From Candidatus Jordarchaeales archaeon (GTDB lineage Archaea > Asgardarchaeota > Jordiarchaeia > Jordiarchaeales > Freyrarchaeaceae): a stretch of 32,000 bases of DNA. The stretch lies in contig JAWAHN010000001.1 of NCBI GenBank assembly GCA_038889235.1, positions 120,001 through 152,000 of the forward strand. Reading direction: 5' to 3'. A program made the translations under genes and the position numbers. Numbering within the stretch: position 1 is the first letter of the stretch; the number at the start of each line of letters is the position of its first letter. Of the stretch, positions 17,575-26,170 are shown in pieces. The notes below the pieces were generated by a model. It had not been told where the DNA came from, ran no database searches, and worked only from the letters and a program-made list of their open reading frames with translations.

Positions 17575-18753
17575 TTATGGTGTGATCGACCAAACGCATT
17601 CTGCTTCTCCGTCCGCCATGTACTTCGTTTGACGCGCATTTAGCCCAGTGTTTTCCACGAGCCGCATTACGCAGGAGCTGCATGACGCGCAACCGCACTT
17701 TATAGCAGCCCTTAATTCCTCTCCTGAAAGGGAGGTTATTGCGTAGTACTTTGGTTCCCTGAGCATCCCATTAAGCATATCATACCATGGACAGCGTGTA
17801 ACCCTGAAACTTTCTTGGGAAACCTCTCCTTCAAGCGATGTCGAAGCAGCGTACAGCGTTAAGGCTTTCTGCACACTTTCCGGTCCGCTTCCAATGTTGT
17901 ACGCGCGTTTCCACCCTTCGAAGAGCGGAGGAACACCGTTTAGAACCACGTCCGCTGCACCCTTACCCGCCTCAGAGGTTATCCTACTAGCCAAGCCTCC
18001 ACCCAAAAGCGTGTAAGCGGTGTAGCCTTGATTCATCGCCAGGCCACCTAACACCATTGACGAAAGCTTTAAAATGTAAGTGTACGCCTCATAGTGTCTC
18101 TCACTATCGGTCGATCCTTTCAACCTCTTGCAATTAGCGGCCACAAACGGTACAGCTTCCCGCTCAACTTTCTCAACACATCTGTCTATTAAACCTGAAA
18201 GGTAATCCGCAGAGGGCAAAGAGGTTGAAAATTTATACGACGTAAAACCATGAGGCTTACCTATTTCCACAAGGAAGGTGCAGTTTGCGTCGCCAGCGGG
18301 TATATGTGTTATCCTCGACGCGCCAGCTTCCCCCTCAGTTATTAGGTCTACTGCGCCACGTAAGTAGCCGATGCATATCTCACAGCTAATGGGGTCGTTA
18401 GTCAGTACGACCATTGGCACAAAGGGACAATCGGTGACTGTAAGCTTGATCGCAGAGTTGTATTCAACATTGTGAAGCATGAGAACAGACCACATAACCA
18501 AGTCTTGAAGTCTCCCAATATTTTGAAATTTTTTCTCAAAGCCGAAATCTTCCATGATCATCCTGTCCACGTATTTTCCAACAGACACTGCACCCCGCAA
18601 TAGTATGCTGCGTGCACCCTCACCGAAGTTTCTTACGAGCTCCGAGCTTATGCCGGCAAGACGCCACCCATTAATTACTACGTTGCTGACGTGCGCGTCT
18701 CCGAAGGATAACCCGTAGTTGTTTGCTTTTTCAAGTAGTTCCTTCCAGTCCAT
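17575..18753 (-). CDS. Tandem V4R-like (V4R/methanogen output domain) ligand-binding protein
   Basis: Two modules with DCPF...CEIC...GDANCTF and RCPW...CGCASC...GEAECVW. Start moved to ATG 18753 (GAGGT upstream); the ORF-track extension to 18870 is AT-rich and looks non-coding. Confidence 0.7.
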   Translation of the reverse strand: MDWKELLEKANNYGLSFGDAHVSNVVINGWRLAGISSELVRNFGEGARSILLRGAVSVGKYVDRMIMEDFGFEKKFQNIGRLQDLVMWSVLMLHNVEYNSAIKLTVTDCPFVPMVVLTNDPISCEICIGYLRGAVDLITEGEAGASRITHIPAGDANCTFLVEIGKPHGFTSYKFSTSLPSADYLSGLIDRCVEKVEREAVPFVAANCKRLKGSTDSERHYEAYTYILKLSSMVLGGLAMNQGYTAYTLLGGGLASRITSEAGKGAADVVLNGVPPLFEGWKRAYNIGSGPESVQKALTLYAASTSLEGEVSQESFRVTRCPWYDMLNGMLREPKYYAITSLSGEELRAAIKCGCASCSSCVMRLVENTGLNARQTKYMADGEAECVWSITP

Positions 18754-18922
18754 TTTTCTCAACCTCATTTGCGATTGTGAGATAATCGATACAAATAAGT
18801 TAAAAATGTTATGGTAAATGATGTTGATAATTGTAGATAACGCAATAACGAAGCTAAAAAATACAATCAATTCTCATTTTCTAGCGTAAGACGGAAGCCG
18901 AAACGTGTAGAAGAGAATTCTT

Positions 18923-19924
18923 CTAGAGGGTGAAGGTTGTTCCCACTGATGAAAATATTGTTTTTTCCGGTAACCTGTTTAGGAGGTGCACGGTGAACTT
19001 TATCCCGCTGCAGTGGAGGGGGGACACTATTTTGGGGTTTATTTCCTTAAGTTGTTCTATTGTCCAGTTGATGCGGTGTTGGGAGGCATGTATCATGTGT
19101 AGTCCGCCGATAATAGCGTAGACGTTGCGTTCTCCTGATAGGCGCTGTGCGTCTTCGATGGTGTTTATCAAACCCTTGTGGCAGCACCCTGTTAGCACTA
19201 TTACTCCTTTCCCTTCGACTTTAACGTAAATGGATTTTTCATCATTAAAGTAGTCGGGCATGATTTTTTCGCCTGCTTCAACGTAGAATCCGGTTGAAAG
19301 CTCTTCCCGGTGCTGTATTGGTATCTCGCCGCTCGCCCACACTCCCGGTGCGAGTTCAACCGGTCCCGTCGCCTCTACAATTCTTAGCTTTCTCGCTCGG
19401 GCAACTTGTTCAACTAACTTTCTGTCTAGCTGCGGCAGCTTTGCGGCTTTTCCCTCCCTCGCCAGTTTCTCCAGAGTTTCTTTTGAAACTCGGATGTCTT
19501 TTCCGGATAGCTCCCCTCTAAGGACGTACTTTGAGCGGAAGACATCCGGATGAAGTATCACTTCAGCCTCGGGGCTTAACTCATCCATGAGCCTGATCAG
19601 GGAGCCAAAGTGGTCGTAGTGGCCGTGGGAAACGACAACCTTCTCTATGGATGAAGGGTCAACTTTCAGTTCGTTCATATTGTTGATCAAGGTACCTTTT
19701 GGCCCGCACGTGTCGAAAAGTATAGTGCGTGTTCCATGCTTCGTTCCAACCTGTAAGAGTAAGGATAAGCCGTGCTCGCCGAGGCATCCAGCTGTCCCGG
19801 CATGATAAACGTAACCCGTAAATCTCTCGTCGACCCTAAGTATAGGGTTCACGGTGTTATCCGCTAGGACAGTGATCTTAACCCACCGCACTCCAACACC
19901 AAGATCAACGCTCACATTTCTCAT
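18923..19924 (-). CDS. MBL-fold metallohydrolase (COG1237-like)
   Basis: EHGLS, LFDT, SHGHYDHFG, TGCCH, GGLH and PLHCSG motifs. Confidence 0.9.
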   Translation of the reverse strand: MRNVSVDLGVGVRWVKITVLADNTVNPILRVDERFTGYVYHAGTAGCLGEHGLSLLLQVGTKHGTRTILFDTCGPKGTLINNMNELKVDPSSIEKVVVSHGHYDHFGSLIRLMDELSPEAEVILHPDVFRSKYVLRGELSGKDIRVSKETLEKLAREGKAAKLPQLDRKLVEQVARARKLRIVEATGPVELAPGVWASGEIPIQHREELSTGFYVEAGEKIMPDYFNDEKSIYVKVEGKGVIVLTGCCHKGLINTIEDAQRLSGERNVYAIIGGLHMIHASQHRINWTIEQLKEINPKIVSPLHCSGIKFTVHLLNRLPEKTIFSSVGTTFTL

Positions 19925-20267
19925 CTCCTAAACCATGGTTACGATAACAATACTTGACGTTAAAATTTCTCCTTGGCAACTAGCTGCTTGAAACCCAGAA
20001 CCCTCTCCATTAGGCTGCGATCTTTTCTAAGGGCAGCCACAAAACGACTAACCAATAAAGGAAAACTCCTTGGGAATAGATTACCGTGCCTAGTATTTTT
20101 TTTAAAGAAAGTTCCTCATTCGTAGAACTTCGAAAGAGGGTGAGTGTTGTTGATTGTTAAGCCTTTTTGAATGATTAACCATGTTGAACCATGCTTGCCT
20201 CAAGAAGAGTAAAAACTTAATCAAAAAAGGGGAGAAAAGAGAATTTTTGAGGAGAAATGGTGGGATG

Positions 20268-22886
20268 TTATGCTGGTGTTTTAGGTTTTCTTCTTGCTGA
20301 GATTGCTGTGACAACTGCTAGTATGGCTGTCGCTGTTAGTCCAGTGGCAAGTGACGATCTGGCTGCCTGGTTTACCGTGTGTAGTGCTGCGATGTTTAGC
20401 ATAGCGAGGACTTGAATGGAAGCTAGCATCTCTTCAGCCACTTTACTTTTGATCATTTCGATCGTCTCGTTGAGAGAATATACTGGAAGATCAATGCTAG
20501 ACTCATTGTGCGCTAATATGTCAACCATGTAGAAGTAGTTCGGGTGGAGCTGGTCCTTGCTGTAGTAGTTGAGGAGTTGGTCAGCGTAGTGGGGTGAGCT
20601 CGGCTTGTTGCTTACTCCGTATGGGAGAACGCTCCACGATTTGATGTTGTTAGGCTCGAGGCTGACAACCATTATGAACGAGGAACCTCCAGTGCACCTC
20701 CACTCGCCTGTCTTCTCGTTGAACGTGTACCAGCGTGGGTTGAGGCAGCCAAACGGTTCACCGCTCGTTCCGCTCAGCCCAACTCTATACTGCCCTCTGA
20801 CTACATAGTGGACGTTGTACCAGTAGACGCTAACGTTCCCGTAAACGTGAAGCATGTAGCTGACAGTTTCGTTCAGTGTTTCGACAGCTTCTTCCTGTGT
20901 AAGGTTCCCGATATACTCTTCAAAGTCCCAGATCGTCGCGTTTTCACCGTACTTCTCCCTGCACTTGTCCATTAACTTCTGAGCCCAAAGCTGGAATATT
21001 GTTGCTGCAGTCTGGTTCGTCATCTCCATGTCCCACGCTTTCAATGCTTCTATGGCATCGTTCAACTCTTGCCTGCCTCCTGGGACTGTGTCTGGAAGTT
21101 TGCTTATACAGTCACTTGCAAGGTAGGCGACCGAGACGTTGACAGCCATCTCGATCATATCGTCTATTGTGACGTTCGTGTCTGAAAGAAGCATGTTGTA
21201 GAGCATGTAGCCCCTCGTGTACCTGCTCATGCCTTTATTGCCGTTCCAGTCCACTAAGTAGCTGGGGAATGGGTTTGCCTCATGTCTCATCGAGACGTTG
21301 TTCGGCTGTATTGTGATGTTCCATGCGGGTATGTTGCAGTTTTGCATCCACCCGCTTTCAGGGTTCTCTTGTTGCGGTAGCTCGCCGAAGGGTATTACTG
21401 GGCCCCAGTCGGTTTCAGGAAGCCATCCTGGAACCGCCGCCTTCCAGTTGAAGGTGTCGTTTCTCTTTGGGCACACGCCGTTCCACACGTAGAATATGTT
21501 GCCGTAGACGTCGGCGTACATCACGTTAAATATCGCTGTTCCGAGGAGAGACCACGCTTCCTTAAACTCTTCAAGATTCTGGGCAGTGTTGATCCGGTAC
21601 CATTGTTCTAAACCTACTATGTTCTTGCTCGTGCTGTAGTTCACCGCCAGCGCCCAGTGATGTGTCGTGTTAATGGTGAGGAGGACGCCGTGATGAGTGT
21701 AGTAAACAGGTATCTTCTGGTAAATGACTCCAACCCCGCTGATCTTCACAGGCACAGTTATCGTTTTCTGATCTAGCGGGCGCCATGCACCATTGTAGTA
21801 GTACATGGTGTTGTCATCATTGAGGCGTTCTATCCACACGTCACCTACGTCGACCTGGTTTACGGTTTCGCTCCAAGCAATATACTGGTTATGCCCCATT
21901 CCTATGAATGGCAGCCCATAGAATATGGCGCCCATAACGTTAAGCTCTGGAAGCCCGTTATGTGCTGGGGCTATCAGGTGGGCTTGATACCATTGAAGTA
22001 CACCGTCCCATGGTAAGTGTGGATTCATCCCATACATTGGGAACCCGGTGGATGTGCGGCTTCCATTAACCGCCCACTGGTTGCTGCCAAGCACGTCTCC
22101 ACAAACTGCAAGAGAACTTGCGGAAGATGTTCCTATTCCAGACTGGTAGCGTTTAAGGTATTCTTCGACACCCATGGATTTTATGGCTTTTTCAGCTGCA
22201 ATCCACTCCTCTAGCGCTCCTCTGGAGAAGAGAAGGTTTATCAGTTTCGCCATGGAGCAGACGTGGAGAGGCGTGACAGGAGCGTTCTCCTTTATCCACG
22301 AGGGGAGGGTGTCCCAGTGAGTGTAGATGTAGTAGTTTATTCCTGCAGTAAAGGGCTCAATCATGACGCGCCTTATATTTTCGCTTAGCGTACGGTAGTC
22401 TTCTTCGTCTGCTACAACCCAAAGCATTCTAAGCAGCACGTCACTTTCAACGTTCTTCAACCCAGGGTACCACGTATTATTGTTCCCGAAGGGGCCGAAA
22501 GTCTTTGAGAGGGTGCCAGTTGCAGTTAGGTAGTTCAGCATTATGGTTTCAATGGCGTCTTCCGCCTGAGCGTAGCCGAAACCAAAAAAGACAGCTTGCT
22601 GGCTGCTGCCATTAATATGAGGGATGCCAAACTCGTCCCTTATGATGGTAACCCCATCGCCGCCGAAACGAATCTGGGTGAATTCGGCGGCATTAGAAAA
22701 ACTGGAGCCCCCAGCAAGCCCAACGACGAGCGAAGGAGTGGCAGAATACAGGAAGACAGAACCCAGGCTAGTCAAAAGAAGGGCGGCAATGAAAACAAGC
22801 GAACACACCATTATTCCACTTCGCAACCCTTTCCTCCCTCCTTCCACTTTTCTATCTTCTGAAAGAAAAAAACTGATATTTTTCAT
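20268..22886 (-). CDS. Penicillin acylase family (Ntn hydrolase, peptidase S45), secreted and membrane-anchored
   Basis: IIRDEFGIPHI, FGFGYAQAED, autoproteolysis site G-SNQWAV, NPHLPW, NVMYADVYGNI, QNCN and SPHYADQ. Hydrophobic N-terminal segment and C-terminal TM helix plus RRKPK. The true start may be ATG 22811. Confidence 0.92.
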   Translation of the reverse strand: MKNISFFLSEDRKVEGGRKGLRSGIMVCSLVFIAALLLTSLGSVFLYSATPSLVVGLAGGSSFSNAAEFTQIRFGGDGVTIIRDEFGIPHINGSSQQAVFFGFGYAQAEDAIETIMLNYLTATGTLSKTFGPFGNNNTWYPGLKNVESDVLLRMLWVVADEEDYRTLSENIRRVMIEPFTAGINYYIYTHWDTLPSWIKENAPVTPLHVCSMAKLINLLFSRGALEEWIAAEKAIKSMGVEEYLKRYQSGIGTSSASSLAVCGDVLGSNQWAVNGSRTSTGFPMYGMNPHLPWDGVLQWYQAHLIAPAHNGLPELNVMGAIFYGLPFIGMGHNQYIAWSETVNQVDVGDVWIERLNDDNTMYYYNGAWRPLDQKTITVPVKISGVGVIYQKIPVYYTHHGVLLTINTTHHWALAVNYSTSKNIVGLEQWYRINTAQNLEEFKEAWSLLGTAIFNVMYADVYGNIFYVWNGVCPKRNDTFNWKAAVPGWLPETDWGPVIPFGELPQQENPESGWMQNCNIPAWNITIQPNNVSMRHEANPFPSYLVDWNGNKGMSRYTRGYMLYNMLLSDTNVTIDDMIEMAVNVSVAYLASDCISKLPDTVPGGRQELNDAIEALKAWDMEMTNQTAATIFQLWAQKLMDKCREKYGENATIWDFEEYIGNLTQEEAVETLNETVSYMLHVYGNVSVYWYNVHYVVRGQYRVGLSGTSGEPFGCLNPRWYTFNEKTGEWRCTGGSSFIMVVSLEPNNIKSWSVLPYGVSNKPSSPHYADQLLNYYSKDQLHPNYFYMVDILAHNESSIDLPVYSLNETIEMIKSKVAEEMLASIQVLAMLNIAALHTVNQAARSSLATGLTATAILAVVTAISARRKPKTPA

Positions 22887-23156
22887 TAATAAAACCTTTT
22901 TCTTCTTTACCGCATTTTAAGTCTCGTTCACGTGGAAATCTAGCTTTATAAGGTTGGGGCATGTTAAGTGAGCTGTTAAATGCCTTCAATTAAGCTTTAA
23001 ATATCAGCCTTCCCCCCTTCTATCCGCCTTAAAGCAGTTAGGGTAAGTTAGCGTGCCTGGTGGGGGGAAGAAAAGAAAGTGAAAAATAATAGATAATAAA
23101 AAAAGATAAAGATAAATAAGAGAAGTGGGCAGAAATACCTTTTAAAAGATGGAGGG

Positions 23157-24599
23157 TTGAGGAAGTTGGCTGAGAAGGCGGGTAGGGAGGCTAAGAAAGC
23201 GAAGGCGGCTGAAAAGGCTAAGGAGACCAAGGAAGCAGCGGGAGGAGAAGGCGCGGTTGCACCGAAGTTTAAGCAGCCGTGGGACGGGTTCCTTTCATTC
23301 TTCACGGTGTTCATTTGGGCTTTCATAGTTCTGTATGTTTTCATTCACCCGGTGTGGGGCATCGCCACCAAGATGGTTAGGATGAACGCGTTCATAGCTT
23401 CTATGCTTGGCATGGCGGCGGGGCACGCTGAGCTCGGTCTCCTCCTATCACTTAGTAACGCCTTGAACATGGAGATGTATCCTCTCGGCTATCTTGTCGA
23501 CTGGGTTCCCTACTTCATATTCTGCATCGTCTGGTTTGTCACAGTAGCCGTTTTAGCGAGACCCTTCACGCTCTCGCGCAGGAAGCAGCCTCAGACGGGT
23601 ATCGCGGTGACAGCTTTGTCGATGATCCTCGCCTTCGTGACATGGTACATCCTGGCGATGGTCCTACACTGGAAAGGCTATGAGATGATCATACTCGCAA
23701 CGAGCTGCTTCTTAGTGTTCCCGATATGGGCCACTTTGTTCAACTACTGGCCGTTCATCCCGAAGAAGCCGAACGTTCACCCTGCAGTTAGAGGGGCAGT
23801 GTACGCCACCATCTCGTGGGTCTTAGCGTTCGTGATACGTGGAGTGATTACTTTTCTGATATGGTCTAACCCTGTAGCGACCGCTTTCACCCAGTACCTC
23901 TTCGGCATTCCATTAGTAACCCTGACGCCGACCGAGCCATATGACTTCTACAACTCGTTGCTGTTATGCATAATTGTCGGAGCAGTCATTATGAGCGTTG
24001 TCTCCCCGTTCCCGAACGTCCCACAGCCCAAGCGTGGACTGTTAAACTTCGGGTTAGCGGTCTTGATAGGAGTCGCCATGTGGGGTATACTTTCAGCGGT
24101 TGTGGGTCCATCCTCGCAGACCGTTCTCATGACCGGCGGAGTTCCATATCTCTTCACGTTCCCCTACACGAACCATGGAGCTATAGCGGCGTACGTGGCC
24201 TTCCCACTGGTCACACTCCTCGCTGGGCAGCTTACGTTCGGAATGTGGCCTTGGTTAAAGTGGGGCATGAAGGGGAGCATAGGGCTGGTCGTTACATCAT
24301 TCGTAGTTGGGACGATCCTGTACTACATATTCATGGTTAACCCAGGACTTGCGGTCATATTCACCGGGGCAAACCTGCTGCTACCGGTGAGCGGGCTAGA
24401 AACAATATACATGTTCTACCTCGGAATAGGGCTAATGTTCGGGTCAACGGGAGCTATCTGGAACGCGCTAGTCTACTGCTTATACTTTGAGGGAGTGGCA
24501 GAATTCTTAGGGCATGCAGTCATGTTCGCATGGATATTAACAGTGCTCATCTTCTTCCTGCTAGCATACGAGGCGTTCGAGCACTGGCCATGGAGGTAG
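23157..24599 (+). CDS. Polytopic membrane protein (about 12 TM), putative transporter of unknown family, with a Lys/Glu/Ala-rich N-terminal extension
   Basis: Many hydrophobic segments and recurring loop motifs QP-x2-G and WP(F/W). Start could be TTG 23166. Confidence 0.75.
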   Translation: MRKLAEKAGREAKKAKAAEKAKETKEAAGGEGAVAPKFKQPWDGFLSFFTVFIWAFIVLYVFIHPVWGIATKMVRMNAFIASMLGMAAGHAELGLLLSLSNALNMEMYPLGYLVDWVPYFIFCIVWFVTVAVLARPFTLSRRKQPQTGIAVTALSMILAFVTWYILAMVLHWKGYEMIILATSCFLVFPIWATLFNYWPFIPKKPNVHPAVRGAVYATISWVLAFVIRGVITFLIWSNPVATAFTQYLFGIPLVTLTPTEPYDFYNSLLLCIIVGAVIMSVVSPFPNVPQPKRGLLNFGLAVLIGVAMWGILSAVVGPSSQTVLMTGGVPYLFTFPYTNHGAIAAYVAFPLVTLLAGQLTFGMWPWLKWGMKGSIGLVVTSFVVGTILYYIFMVNPGLAVIFTGANLLLPVSGLETIYMFYLGIGLMFGSTGAIWNALVYCLYFEGVAEFLGHAVMFAWILTVLIFFLLAYEAFEHWPWR

Positions 24600-24864
24600 T
24601 TAGGTAATTATTCAATTTTTTCTTTCTTTTTCTCATCATTTTTGCAGATTTCCTATGGAGACATGAATAATTGGCTTCGAACATTAGCATTTCTTACTCG
24701 TCTTGAGCTCCTGCCAATGCTTAAATGTTAAAAAAAGGTTCTTAAGCGTTTTAGCTGAAGGGGCTCCTTTGTTTTACCGGTCACTTACTTTTTGGTCGTG
24801 AAACAGGGCAAGGGTACCCGGGAGGAGTTATTGTTCCCCTAGTAAACTTAGCCGTTTTGTGCTT

Positions 24865-25332
24865 CTAGACGAGTTTTATTTCCGTTACACTTCCCCTTTC
24901 CGTCAGCTTTGACCACTCTATTATTGCTTCTTTTCCCGAATACTTTTGAACTATGGCGGCTGCGACCATTGCCATGGGGCATATTCCCTTTGTCTCTGCT
25001 ACGATGTGTGCTGTTTTCGCCATGAAGCAGTCATTGAGGACGAAAATGTACGTGCTCTCATCCTTTTTTCTAAACTCGGCGGATGAGACAAGTAGGGATT
25101 TCTCTAAAAGCTGGGCGAATTTCGACAGCGCTTCCTCGATATTTTCTCCCTTTATGGATTTTAGTCCGAGCTTCTCTACTCTTATCACACTCTCTTGCAC
25201 CATCGGGAATATGTAGTCTTTGAACCCTTCACGGCCCAAGAGCTCTATTATTTTTTCCTGGAGAGTGAATATTACGGCATGAAACAAGCCAGATATCGCT
25301 CCAAATTCACGGGACATCATGACGTCAACCAT
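24865..25332 (-). CDS. Small V4R-like domain protein
   Basis: Helical N-half, then EEALSKFAQLL...AEF...YIFVLNDCFMA...GICPMA...SVTEIKL. ATG 25332 overlaps the stop of the upstream longin-Roadblock gene (ORF-track start 25359). Confidence 0.6.
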   Translation of the reverse strand: MVDVMMSREFGAISGLFHAVIFTLQEKIIELLGREGFKDYIFPMVQESVIRVEKLGLKSIKGENIEEALSKFAQLLEKSLLVSSAEFRKKDESTYIFVLNDCFMAKTAHIVAETKGICPMAMVAAAIVQKYSGKEAIIEWSKLTERGSVTEIKLV

Positions 25333-26143
25333 TTTCCTTTTTAGGCTCACTTTCACCACCTTCCTTGGAAATTTTTAGCGCATAGTCCAGAAGGAAGCCG
25401 GCAACAGCGACGACGCTGCTAGCATCGTAATATTCGGTTCTCCTAGAAGTGAGCGCCATAAGGCAGAGTTTACCCCTAACAACAACTACAATCCATTTCT
25501 CCTCCCCTCTGAGAACTACTACGTCAACTTTGCCTCCTCTTAATTCCTCGGACAACTTGTTTGCAAAGTTGACAGCCATAGTGACAGTTGCTAGCTTTCT
25601 CCTAGAGCTAAACCAGTCGGGAAGAACGGAAAAAAGGAACTTTTCGCTTTCAAAGTCGTATAGCACAATACCCTCCAGCTCAGACCGCGAATAGAGGATG
25701 CGCATAACAGTCTCCATGAACGGCTTGGAAACTAGACTTTTAAGGTACGAGTTCATCTCATTGAAGACACTTAAGTCGCCATTCCAGTTTTCGAGCACAT
25801 TCCCATACTTGCTCAAGAACACATTTAAAACATCCTCAAGGATAAACTTAATTAAAGCCTCCGGTAGTTTCTCCGACAATATAGCGGCAACGCATACATC
25901 CTTTTCCTTGTCAACTACGAAGTAAACTTTCCTGTCTTTGAATTCCAGGAATTCTATTTCTGAACCTATAACGCTTCTACTGAAAGACATTATGGCAGAT
26001 ATTAGGCCTCCGACGAGCTGTTCCCCGCCACTTACAGCTGAAGCCAGGCAAATGCCGCCACCACCTATAACCATTATGTTATGAATGAAGTTGCGTGTAA
26101 AATTTTCCTGAAACAAGAGGCTACACCAGCCGAACAAGGCCAC
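25325..26143 (-). CDS. Longin plus Roadblock/LC7 fusion protein
   Basis: Longin: IHNIMVIGGGGICL...QLVGGLISAIMSFSRSVIG...IEFLEF...WNGDLSVF. Roadblock: LEGIVLYD...LATVTMAVNFANKLSEELRGGKVDVVVLRG...IVVV...LCLMAL. Start uncertain. Confidence 0.75.
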   Translation of the reverse strand: MALFGWCSLLFQENFTRNFIHNIMVIGGGGICLASAVSGGEQLVGGLISAIMSFSRSVIGSEIEFLEFKDRKVYFVVDKEKDVCVAAILSEKLPEALIKFILEDVLNVFLSKYGNVLENWNGDLSVFNEMNSYLKSLVSKPFMETVMRILYSRSELEGIVLYDFESEKFLFSVLPDWFSSRRKLATVTMAVNFANKLSEELRGGKVDVVVLRGEEKWIVVVVRGKLCLMALTSRRTEYYDASSVVAVAGFLLDYALKISKEGGESEPKKENG

Positions 26144-26170
26144 TTTAGGAGGGAAATGAGGGAAAGAAAC

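Noticed and set aside
20102-20314. 70-aa minus-strand ORF at the acylase 3' end
   Set aside because: Runs through T-rich terminator-like sequence in a shifted frame; no coding signal.
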